Of a stretch of 64,000 nucleotides of DNA, positions 47,709 to 59,510 are shown in pieces. A model generated the notes under the pieces. That model made no database searches. It worked only from the letters and a program-made list of their open reading frames with translations, and was not told the DNA's origin. The stretch's first letter is position 1. Each line of letters starts with the position of its first letter. Position numbers and translations under genes: made by a program. Origin of the DNA: Macrostomum lignano (taxonomy: Eukaryota); the NCBI GenBank assembly GCA_002269645.1, contig NIVC01000126.1:959629-1023628 (forward strand), given 5' to 3'.

Positions 47709-50700
47709 TAGTGCATAATAATCAAGATGACAAAGTGACCATGGTTAAAGTAAGCACCCTTGACACCTAGATGACAAAATGGCAAATGACAAAATAACTA
47801 GGAACCAAGCTAAGATCTCTATGCAACCAATGCAATAGCAATTAAGCAACATATATATGTAAGCCTATTATAAGACAATTTTCAAGTTCCTTATTGTCTA
47901 TAGTCAAACTGCCAATGAACAGCAAAAACTTTACACACTATAATAGAGAGAAAACCATAATAGGATATTCCCAAATGGCTTTATTGGGTTCAGTACATTG
48001 ACCCAACAATTCCTTCAAGTTTCGAATAAGGCTTATGAAGTCCCATCCCATGCATGGCGTGTGCCATGCCATGTAGCAATAGCATAGCCTTGCTATATTT
48101 TACTTCTAGTTATTTGTTATTTGTCAACTTGTTATAGATCACTGATGTCTTGATTTGACCATAGACCTTTTTTTCAAGTTGAAAAATGTTCAAATGTTCT
48201 AGCCATAAGCCATAGACTAACATAGGCCTAGACCATAGATAGACATAGCCTAGGCCTAGTCATAAAATGATATCACTGTCAGCAATGCATGCATGCATGC
48301 AGCATGGTGTTTGTCCATGGATATTTTTGCAATAATATTCAAGTTATACCAATTGCAAAAAAGAACTTGTACAACAGCTAGGGCCTACAGCTCAGATTCA
48401 CATGAAAATCACAGAAAATAAAAAAATTAGGCCTATTACACACCAAATAACTGGACCTTTTCATATTGCTTGTTCAATGTTCTGGTTCCAGAACCAGAAC
48501 CAATTGGTAAAGAATAACTTTTTTCTCCATAACTAGAGGGAGATATGTGCTGTAAGTGTAAAGTTTTTATTTTTGAATGACAATTGCCAAGAACTTCAAG
48601 AAGAAAGTGAAAATTTGTGCTAAGTGAGGTTGTTGTTAAGGCAGTCAAATATTAACAGAGTTAAATAGTTATACTGCTGTTTTTCTTGGAATTCCGAACC
48701 GATTCTGGTTCTGGAATTGGTTATATGAAAAGGCCCACTAGCTGTGTGCCATGGTCAGGAAGGTGCAGCGTGTGCGCCGGAATAACATCCATCAAAATTT
48801 TTGTTGTGCGCCGCGTGCGCCGAGAAAAAAAAATTACTTGTGCGCCATGCGCCGAGAAAAATACACTTGAAAAAGCACCATCAAGTATTAAGTATCTAAA
48901 TTGAATCAATATCAATGGAAGTTCAAGCAGTTCAATCATAGCTTCTATTTGCAAAATATAAGCAAAAAGACGCAACAAAAGCCGCGAAAGGCGCAAATTT
49001 GTTAAGTTTGTTAAGTCGATTAATGAAATTTGAAATAGAAACAACATTGGAAATAACGACTATCGTATCGACTATCGTTTATTTTATTGATTGATTGACA
49101 TTTAATATACAATATCATTATTATATTGTCACGTACACTGACGTACCTTGTGCGCCATGCGCCGAGCCATGCACCGATGCACCGAGCCATGCGCCGATGC
49201 GCCGAGCCCATGCGCGCGGCGCAGTGAAGTGTGCGCCGTGCGCCGGCAAATTGCTGATTTGCGCCGGAAAATTCCGAGGATTCTACCGTCTTCCTGGCTG
49301 TGGGCTGTGTGAACCACAACCACCGGTCAACCAAACGAACAAGTTCGTGGTAAAATCTGCGCCGAATATACGCAAACGTCTACTGGCAAAATTTTAGCAA
49401 AGAGTTAATATTTCATTTAAGTAAATTTTATAGCTCTTTTAAAAAGCTATTCCTAACTACTTTGATTGTTAGTTCAGCCTTAAAGGCTTTGCTTATTGTT
49501 TAAAAATTTACTTTTGGCTAAATTTTAAATGAAATAATTTTACCTTGGCTTAAACTTAAATATTGAGCTAGGCTTTTCATATTGCACTTGTTCTTATTAT
49601 TCTAGAACCAGAAACACTTTGTAAAGTATAATTTTTTGTCTCCTTAACTAGAGGGATATACTTGCTATACTTGCGCAAGGATCTTAGCTCATGGCGGCAG
49701 CGTGTTCTTGTTTGCAAACAAATTAAAACGATTTATAACTTTAGGCTTATTCACACTTACCATCAAACGAGCCATCAAAATATGCAGTCAAATACGTAAA
49801 GGAGTCAAATTAAACAAGCCTTTATAGGCCAGGGCAGTATAATCTCGATCATGCATGTACATTGTTGACCCTGTACAATTTAGAAGTGTACATTGAGTTC
49901 TGTGATCTCACAATGATGTAAATGTGTAAATAGGCCTATTGCATGAATGAGATAGGCCTATATACTATGCATATGCTTAAACTGAATTTTGAGCACTCCT
50001 GCAACGCTTTTACTGCAGTTTAACTTTATATAAACAGGGGCAAACTCTACTGGAGTGTTGATGAATCATGAACTGATAAAGGCCGTGCAAAGCTCCTGCT
50101 ATATATGCTACTCTAGCTGCTACACAAGGAGGCCAATGTTGCTGCTATGCAGGCAGAACTGGTACTACATGGCTCCAAAAGTCATGACCATCGTGCAAAA
50201 TACGCCAAACTGCAGATGCGACTCAGTGAGCTGTGGAGATTGTACACAACTAGGCAGCTAAGCATCTGCAGATTCATATATGCCTGCAGTCAGCTTCAGC
50301 CTAAAGGATTGCAATTAAGGATTGCAAGCTAGCTTTTGCTTTGAATTTTTAATTTGTGACCTTTTTATTTACTAAAACTGAAATATGAATTTAGCTTTTA
50401 ATTTTGAACTAAATTTATTGCATCATTATGGCATCTAGGCCCTAGCCTTATAAAAATGTTAGCTAGGCCCTATAATAACGTAGTTTATTTTTATCTTTGT
50501 GTTTTTTCTTAATTGGCCAATAATTGATACTTAGGCCCTATATCAACAAATATGAAATATAGGCCTTACATTAAACTCGCATTCTTTGCTAGGCCTATTC
50601 TCTTTGCATAAATTTGTTTTGATATTTGTCACCCTTTCTACTATTCTATTATTAAATTATAGTCTCAGTAATCAGGCAATCAGCAATAAGCATTAATTGG

Positions 50701-51047
50701 CATGCTTAGTATAAAAATTACAGGTGCATTCAAGGGATTTTTGCCTGAAAATAGGGAAATCCTAAATTAATACACCCTTGCCTTTGGCTAAAGTAATCAT
50801 ATTTAAATGTTTAAGTCTTCTAGATTTGTTGAAGTTGTCATCACTCATCATCATATGACGATTTTGAATATGACAATTTCAACTGCACCCATAGTCATAG
50901 GCCTAGGCCTATCTTACTTTTGGAAAATTGGTCAACTAATAGAAACTAATAAAACTTTTCATATCTTAATGTTAAATAATCAATGTTTTTTATAATTATA
51001 TAATATTCAATATTTTGCTTAGGCCTAGGGTTATTTTTATTAGGCAA

Positions 51048-54000
51048 CAAGCTGTTGAAACCCGCGGATTTTGAACCCGGGGAATTCCAATCCCCAGAAT
51101 TATTTTTGCATGTATTCTAAAATCTGAGGTCAAACTCAAATAAAAACTTGTTAATAGTTAGGATAGAGTTAAACATAAAAAGTGTACATTCATGTAAAAT
51201 TAGGATTTGAGGCAAACATTGATATTGTTGGCTGGGGTGCTGCGCAGAATGTTAGGTAAACTCAGGCCTCTACCTCTGCCTTCCCTATGTCCTTTGCATC
51301 CTTTGAAACTTCCATCTTCTTTTCTGTTTCCTATCTTCTGTCTCGTCTCTTCTCTCTCTGTCTCCTGTTATCTTTTCTTTCTTCTTTCCTGTCCTCTCTC
51401 CTCTTTCGTCTCTTCTCTCGTCTCTTCCCTCTCCCCTCTATTCTTTTCTCTCTCCTCTCCTCTCTTCTCTCTGGTCTCTGGTCTCTCATATCTCCTTTTT
51501 CTTCTTTTATCTCTTCTCATTTCTCTCTGCTCTCTACTCTCTCTTCCCTCTACTCTCTACTCTCTCTTCCCTCACCTCTCTTCTCACTCCTTACTCTACC
51601 CTCTCTCAACACTTTCCTTATCTCTACTCTCTCCTTTTTCCTCTCTTCTCTCAACTCTCTCCTCTCATGTCTTCTATTGTCTCTTCCCTCACCTCCTCTC
51701 TTGTCTTTGCTCTCTTATCTCTCATTTCTCTTCTTTTATCTTCTCTCTCTTATCTTTTCTCATTTCTCTGCTCTCTCTCCTCTCCCCCTCTCTCTCATCT
51801 CTCATCTCTCACTGCTCTCTCCTGTCCTATCTCTCTTCTCTCTAATCTCTCCCCTCTTTCCTCTCCTCTCTCGTCCTTTTCACCAATTTCCCCTGTCCTC
51901 TCGATTCTCTCCCTTCCCCTCCTCTCTCCTCACTCACTTCTCATCTCTCCCTTGTCTCTACCTCTCATCCTTTATTTCTTATCTCTCCTCTTTTCTCTCT
52001 ACTCTCCCATCTCTTGTCTGTTTACTCTCGTTTCCACTCTCTCATCTCCCCTCTCTTATCTGTCATCTTTACTCTCATATGTTCTCTCACCTCTCTCCCC
52101 TTGTACTCCTCTCTTTCCCCTTTTTGACTCAGGAGGACTCGATCTTTTCTTCTTTCTTCTCATCTCTTCTCTTCTCTCTTCTATACTCTCTCCCTCTCTT
52201 GTCTTCTCTCTTCTCTCTCACTCTCCTCTCTCCTCTCTTATATCGTCTGTTCACTCTCATCTTTGCTCTCTCATTTCCCTCTCTCTTCTGTCATCTTTAC
52301 TCTCCTCTCTATTGTGTACTCTTCTCTTTCCCCTCTTCTGACTCCTCTCTTTCCTTACTCCTCTCTTCTCTTCCCTTTTCTATACTCTTCCCCCTCTATT
52401 CTCTTTTCTTGTCTCTCTGCACTCTGCTCTCTCTTCCTTCATCTCTCATCTCTACTCTACTCTCTCATATTTCCTTTCATCTCACTCATCTCTACAATCT
52501 CATCTCTTTCCTCTTTCCTCCTCTTCCCTTTACTCTATAATCTCTCCTTTGTCCTCTCTTCTTTCTTAACTCTCTCTCTCTCTCTTTTCACTCCTCTCTC
52601 CCTCTCTCTCTCCCCTCCTATCTCCTCTCTGTTCTCTTATTCTCTATTCTCTTCTCACTCTTCTCTACTCTCCTCTCTCATCGATCCTCTGTCTCAGCTC
52701 TCCCCTCTTCTCTCTCCATCTTCTCACCTCTACTATTTCCTCTCCCTTCTCTCTCCCCTCCTCTCGCTTCTTCGTCCCATATTCTCTGCTCTCTCCACAA
52801 CCTCCTTGTACGTCTCTCCTATTTTCTTCTATCTTTTCTTTTATCCCTCTCGCCCCTCCTCCCTTTTAATAGTCTATTCCTTTTCCTTTTCACTCTCATC
52901 TGGCCCGTACCCATGAGCTGGATTCTTTATCTGGCCTTTGAGATAAAAATCTGCCAATCCCTGCTTCGAAAGCCAGTTTGTGGGACGTAGTACTATCATG
53001 GTTGTTATCATTTCTCATGCTTTAATCACGTCATCTTTCTGGTCAATTAGCAGCCCTGAGAGGAATTTGTATATCCCCAGCTCCACCATCACAGTCTGCA
53101 GCAGTCTAACAACCATGGAAATACGCATTTCTTAGAAGGCCATTTAAATTTTCAAGTACCTTATGCGAATCTTAATGTTAAAATTTTCATGGTGTAACTA
53201 ATTTAGTAGGATTGCATTGTAATCAGTTATTAATTTTTCAATATTTTTACAAACCATCCCACATCGCCTTGATTTGCCATCCTTGTTTAACTGCTGCAGA
53301 CTTGTCTATTCAGAGGACAGTGGTTTGAAATTGAATATCTTGCTAAACTCTCTCCTCTCCACGCCTCTCCACTTGCGGGGGGGGGGGGTACAGAGAAGGC
53401 TATTAAAAAGTTATTCCAAAACACTGTACATTCGCTATGTACATTGAGCCCTATCGCCTGACCCTTCGTCTGGGCTGGGGAGTGAGTGAGTGAGCGGCAC
53501 AAACAACAGAAAAAGCAGACAAACTTCACATGCTTACAGTTTCTGTCCTGATTGAGATACAGAGTTGAGACTTTACATGTAGGCAGAGAATGAGTCAATA
53601 AAGAATTGTGTCAAATTTGAAGTCAATTGCTTCACATGGAGCAAAACTATGGCAGCCGAAAGTTAGGCATTTTAAAACCTATTCACACCCTTTGCCCAGA
53701 TCGGGAAAGAGAGGCAGGTGGGTGGAGGTTGGGGTGGTTGCTACGCTGAAAAAAACAGCCTAACTTTAAAAGTGCACAGTGGCTTTCAGGATTAACTTTG
53801 AAATTTGAAATTTTACACAATTGTGTCAAAATAGTTGAAAATTGCCTGTGTCAAATTTGAAGAGAATCGGTAGAAGTGGAGCGGCACTATGGAGGATTTA
53901 GTGAAAAAATCGCGCATTTTGAGCAGTTTTTTGTACTTTTAGGTAGGAAGACTTGAGTCTAGGAAATTAAAAGATAGCCTAAGACATTCTCCATAGTAAG

Positions 54001-54069
54001 TTTAGGGTAGGTGTAAAGTTTGGTGTCATTTGGTTGAGCGGTTTGGGAGTCCATAGCAAACAAAATTGT

Positions 54070-54131
<62 letters not shown>

Positions 54132-54155
54132 AGTTTTGATTTTTATAGGTACAGA
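51048..54155 (-). mobile_element. Non-autonomous Helitron-like element, copy 2 (inverted)
   Basis: Reverse complement begins A|TCTGTACCTATAAAAATC and ends CAACAGCTTG|T. (CA)29 at 54071-54128; CT-rich interior ~51310-52900; collinear with copy 1. Confidence 0.75.
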
Positions 54156-55826
54156 TTTATTTTTGTCTTAAAAATTGCTTTTTACTATTTTTGTCCCAAT
54201 TTTTGTTTGTTGTTATTGTAACAATTAGTCAAACCAATTACCAATTATTTTTATAGGTAACACAAGATAAATACTTTAATATCTAAGCTTAAATAAAGTC
54301 ATTAGGCCTATGCCTATATTCATAATGTAAAGTATAGGCCTAATATTAAACCTAAGAAAACTAAGATTGGGGGCCTAGGATTCTTTGACACATAAGGCCC
54401 TCTTAGATAAGGAATTGACCCAATTTTTATTACTTATTGGTTGATGATATAGTATCAAGACTAGACAAAAACCTACCTAGTCAATTTGTCATTTATGCAA
54501 TCTTATTTATGACAATGTCACTTTCATACTTATTTACTTCTTTCCTATTTTGTGTGAATAGTGTTGTATATATAAAACATATATCATCTTTTTCTATATG
54601 TACATCACATTTAAATTTAATCTTATTTAATTTATTAGCTTTGATGTTTTTTGTTATACCATATGATAGAAGTTAGCAGTATAGGCCCTATAAAATGTAT
54701 TTCAAATCTATATTTACTCTCGCTGCCTTGCTCATGCCTTCCTCCACACTGTCTCATTATTACAATACTACTAATACTATGGTATGCTCAAGTTGCTATC
54801 TATAGTATTAGATGTTCTAGATTACTATCAATTATGAATTTATTAAAATAAATTCTCAATATCTAATGCTACATTAACATTGTTCAATACTACATTGTAA
54901 ATAGTTGTTCTAAATTTGTCACTTATTGACCACACCTAGTCCTAGACTCTTAGTGACTTATTTGACTTAGGAATAGGGGTCTTGATCTTGATCTTGATCT
55001 TGGTTTAAGATCTTAAAAAATCAAGATTTGTGATTATATGATTATTGTTAATGGGTTCTATCTACATTCTAGATCATGTTGTAGTATACATTTGAAAATT
55101 TGGTTGTGCATTGGCTTTGCATGCCAAAAGTAGGCCTAGATATATATAGTTGGCATGCATCACTCCTAAGAAAAGTATTTATTAAGCTTATAATAAAGCA
55201 TTTAAACAAATCTTTGCATGTATCAATTTTTCTTTGTGAATAATATTGCCAAAAGAACAAAAAAATTAACAAAGCCTACTAAAAAGGCTTTTGTTATGCA
55301 ATTCAAAAAAGGTCATTTATTGTCATAATATAAAAAAGTCATTTATTGTTGCAACACTGGGCCAGTATTGAAAATGGTTATATATTCAATTTTTTGGTAT
55401 GCATTTATAACTATTCAATTTTTGTTCAGGCATATACCGTATGACCAATTGATTTTCATTGGTCTTTGATAGCCAATTGGAGCAACTTGAAGGCTTAAAT
55501 GCATTGTTAAAGCTTAAATAACTTTAACTTATACTATAAGTTGAAAGACTTAGGTGCATTAGAACAAAAAGGTTGTGGAACTTTATAGAACTTAATCACT
55601 TCTTATATTGAAATAGACTATTTTAAACTTTTAAAAGACTTTTAAATATTTGATAAATCTGGGGTAAATTCAATTAAAAAATAGTCTATAAGATTACTCA
55701 AATTGCATTGTTTCTTGGTCTATAACCCATGTAGCTCATATTAAGTAATGATCAAGAATTTTGTACATCAAAACACCCTATTGCACCTTGTTTTGCAGTA
55801 GAGGACCTGACATTAAAAGTGCAAGC

Positions 55827-58054
55827 ATGGTTTGCGTGTCAGTACTAGCCGATGCACTGAATCGAATTGTGCACGCTGAAAAGAAGGGCAAACGCCAGGT
55901 CCTTCTCAGGCCTTCGTCAAAGGTTATCATTCGCTTTCTGCAGGTAAATAGACTGATCAAATAAAATTGTATTTACCTCACTGTTTCGCATCATCGACAT
56001 CATCATCATTCCAGTGTCTCATTATCATCATTCCAGTGTCTCATCATCATCCCAGTGTCTCATCATCATCATCCCAATGTCTCATCATCATATTCCAGTG
56101 TCTCATCATCATATTCCAGTGTCTCATAATCATCATTCCAGTGTCTCATCATCATCCCAGTGTCTCAACATCATCATCCCAGTGTCTCACCATCATCATC
56201 ATCCCAGTGTCTCACCATCATCATCATCCCAGTGTCTCATCATCATCACCCCAGTGTCTCACTATCATTATCATCCCAGTGTCATCATCATATTCCAATG
56301 TCTCATCATCATATTCCAATGTCTCATCATCATATTCCAGTGTCTCATCATCATCACCCCAGTGTCTCACTATCATTATCATCCCAGTGTCATCATCATA
56401 TTCCAATGTCTCATCATCATATTCCAATGTCTCATCATCATATTCCAGTGCATACATGCGCAACGTCCAAAATTCGGTCGGCCGTGCGACTTAGTTTTAA
56501 CAAAAATGCGACATAGTTTTTTAAAAATGCGACTTACATGTAAAAAAACCCTAAAGCAAAATTAACGCAACTTTGGGTAAACGGCGGGAGTAACTATGAC
56601 TGTCTTATCAGGCAAAAATGCCTCGTCAGCTACTTAGTACTACTACGTGGGTGTTTTTTGGGTGGGGATTTTTGCGACTTCCTTTGTTGGCTGCCAAATC
56701 AGTCGGCCGGATCGGCCGACTCGGCCGACTGTTGCGCATGTATGTTCCAGTGTCTCATAATCATCATTCCAGTGTCTCATCATCATGCCAGTGTCTCATT
56801 ATCATCATCCCAGTGTCTCACTATCATCATCCCAGTGTCTCACTCTCATTATCATCCCAGTGTCTCATCATCATCATCATCCCAGTGTCTCATCATCATC
56901 ACCCCAGTGTCTCACTATCATTATCATCCCAGTGTCATCATCATATTCCAATGTCTCATCATCATATTCCAATGTCTCATCATCATATTCCAGTGTCTCA
57001 TCATCATATTCCAGTGTCTCATCATCATGCCAGTGTCTCATTATCATCATCCCAGTGTCTCATCATCATCATCCCAGTGTCTCACCATCATCATCCCAGT
57101 GTCTCACTCTCATTATCATCCCAGTGTCTCACCATCATCATCCCAGTGTCTCATCATCATCATTCCAGTGTCTCATCATCATCATCATCCCAGTGTCTCA
57201 CTATCATCATCATCCCAGTGTCTCACTATCATCATCATCCCAGTGTCGCACTATCATCATCCCAGTGTCTCACCATCATCATCATCCCAGTGTCGGACTA
57301 TCATCATCATCCCAGTGTCTCATCATCATCATCATCCCAGTGTCTCACTATCATCATCATCCCAGTGTCTCACTATCATCATCATCCCAGTGTCGCACTA
57401 TCATCATCCAAGTGTCTCACCATCATCATCCCAGTGTCTCATCATCATGATCATCCCAGTGTCTCATCATCATCATCATCCCAGTGTCTCACCATCATCA
57501 TCCCAGTGTCTCACTATCATCATCATCCCAGTGTTTCACTATCATCATCATCCCAGTGTCGCACTATCATCATCCCAGTGTCTCACCATCATCATCCCAG
57601 TGTCTCACTATCATCATCATCCCAGTGTTTCACTATCATCATCATCCCAGTGTCGCACTATCATCATCCCAGTGTCTCACCATCATCATCCCAGTGTCTC
57701 ATCATCATCATCCTGACTCCTGTCTATCCGCCTCATTACCGCAGTTTTCTATCGCCCCCACCCCCACTCCACTCGCAGGTGATGCAGCGCAAGAACTACA
57801 TCGGCGACTTCGAGGTCATTGACGATCACCGGTCCGGCAAAATCGTAGTAGAACTGAATGGCCGATTGAACAAGTGCAGCGTAGTCTCGCCTAGATACGA
57901 TATCCACTTGAAAGATCTGGAAAAGTGGACTTCGGCTATTCTGCCATCGCGCCAGTTCGGCTTCATTGTGCTCACCACCTCCGGCGGCATCATGGACCAC
58001 GAGGAGGCCAGGCGGAAGCATCTGGGCGGCAAAATCTTGGGCTACTTTTTCTAG
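55827..58054 (+). CDS. RPS15A: 40S ribosomal protein S15a (uS8), 130 aa
   Basis: Exons 55827-55943 and 57779-58054 (393 nt). [30 protein letters not shown]|[61 protein letters not shown]. Confidence 0.98.
56451..56744. mobile_element. 294-bp hAT-like (or P-like) MITE
   Basis: Perfect 14-bp TIR CATACATGCGCAAC; 8-bp TSD TTCCAGTG (56443-56450, 56745-56752); subterminal GTCGGCCG repeats and four TGCGAC motifs. Confidence 0.88.
56575..56638 (+). other. 28S rRNA-derived fragment (helices 69-71) inside the MITE
   Basis: 53/64 ungapped identity to the conserved eukaryotic 28S sequence GGGTAAACGGCGGGAGTAACTATGACTCTCTTAAGGTAGCCAAATGCCTCGTCATCTAATTAGT (recalled from knowledge); first 27 nt identical. 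Confidence 0.9.
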
Positions 58055-58379
58055 CCTATTAATAACTCATTTAAATCTGTTTTAGGTTTGCGAAATGTTC
58101 GATTCCCGTGTACCGTCTACTAATTGTAATGGAAAGTGTGTTGCTGTCGTTGATTGAATAATTAGACTGCGCGTCTGTTTAATGCGCCTTTCTGGCGACC
58201 TGGTTGGCTTGGAGACAAAAAATTTAAAGATAAAAAATGCTTTCCTCAGCTTAATAAGGCTTCTTTTATCGATGGGGGCACATTTTAGTAGATTTAGCAG
58301 GTACTCAACAATTAGTGCTTGACAAAATAGATTTCGCTATACGTATGACTGTAGTATGTACTTATTTACATCTGGCACC

Positions 58380-58545
58380 GTGACTCTCGCATGTCAGACA
58401 AGAGACTGACTCTCCCATGTCAGACACTAGAGTGACTCTCGCATGTCAGACTAGACCAGACTGACTCTCGCATGTCGGATAGACTAGACTGACTCTCGCA
58501 TGTCAGACTAGACTATAGACTGACTCTCGCACCTAAGACAGACTG
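58380..58545. repeat. Short degenerate ~29-bp repeat
   Basis: GACTGACTCTCGCATGTCAGACTA-like units, about 5 copies. Confidence 0.8.
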
Positions 58546-59009
58546 TTAGACACGGCCTGGCAATTGAAACTAGTACTTGCAGAAATAAAAAAATAAAACA
58601 GCTGTAACGCAGCACTTTATAAAGTACTGATAGCTCTGTTTAGGTTGACTTAAAAAACTATCTACATTAGACATTGTCATTTTTGTCACAGCAATTTATT
58701 TGACTACATTATTCCAGATTGAGCTAACATATTAATTGTATTTATGAAACAAAATGCGCTAGAAACCTCGCAATAAATAAGGGCACAGATTGTTGATATC
58801 AATAACTGTATGCAATATCGTGCGTCAATACATTACAAGCAAGCAGGAAAGATCAGCTAGATAAAAGGACACTAATTTCTACCCAATCGGAAAGCAAATT
58901 CAAGCTTATCAAAGACTTTAATCTAAGATTTACTCAAAAGCCTCTACACAGATCTCGAAACCACCCGAAATTCGTAAAAAATCCTTAACTCGGTGATTAA
59001 TCGCTCTGA

Positions 59010-59440
59010 AATCCATGAGAAATCACCCTTGAAATTCACGATAAATCGCTCGCAATCTCAATGAGAAATCGGCCTCAAACTCTATGAGAAATCGCTCTCA
59101 AACTCCATGAGAAATCACCCTCAAAATTCACGATAAATCGCTCGCAATCTCGATGAGAAATCGGCCTCAAACTCGATGAGAAATCGGCCTTAAACTCTAT
59201 GAGAAATCGCTCTCAAACTCCATGAGAAATCATCCCCAAAATTCACGATAAATCGCTCGCAATCTCGATGAGAAATCGGCCTTAAACTCTATGAGAAATC
59301 GCTCTCAAACTCCATGAGAAATCACCCCCAAAATTCACGATAAATCGCTCGCAATCTTGATGAGAATCGGCCTCAAACTCTATGACAAATCGGCCTCAAA
59401 ATCTATGAGAATCGCTCTCAAACTCCATGAGAAATCGCCC
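59010..59440. repeat. ATGAGAAATC-based repeat with ~90-bp blocks
   Basis: Subunits starting ATGAGAAATC / ACGATAAATC recur in blocks of ~90-115 bp. Confidence 0.88.
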
Positions 59441-59510
59441 TGCAACCTTTCGCCCTCACAATGCTTTAAGAAGCAGAGTTTAAACTCCTTTTTAAAACAA
59501 GCCCTCCATT

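Larger units (their letters stand above)
55990..57715. repeat. CCAGTGTCTCA+(TCA)n minisatellite in RPS15A intron
   Basis: Variable-length units of CCAGTGTCTCA followed by 2-5 TCA/CTA triplets. Confidence 0.96.

Noticed and set aside
56575-56638. A genuine rRNA gene
   Set aside because: Only 64 nt match, H69 pairing is partly broken, flanks are not rDNA, and it is enclosed by TIRs.
56590-56638. Hammerhead core on the minus strand of the 28S fragment (CTGACGA-GGCA-TTTT-TGCC)
   Set aside because: Stem II is followed by TGATAAG rather than GAAA and no proper stem III/UH site forms. Most of the motif is simply 28S antisense.
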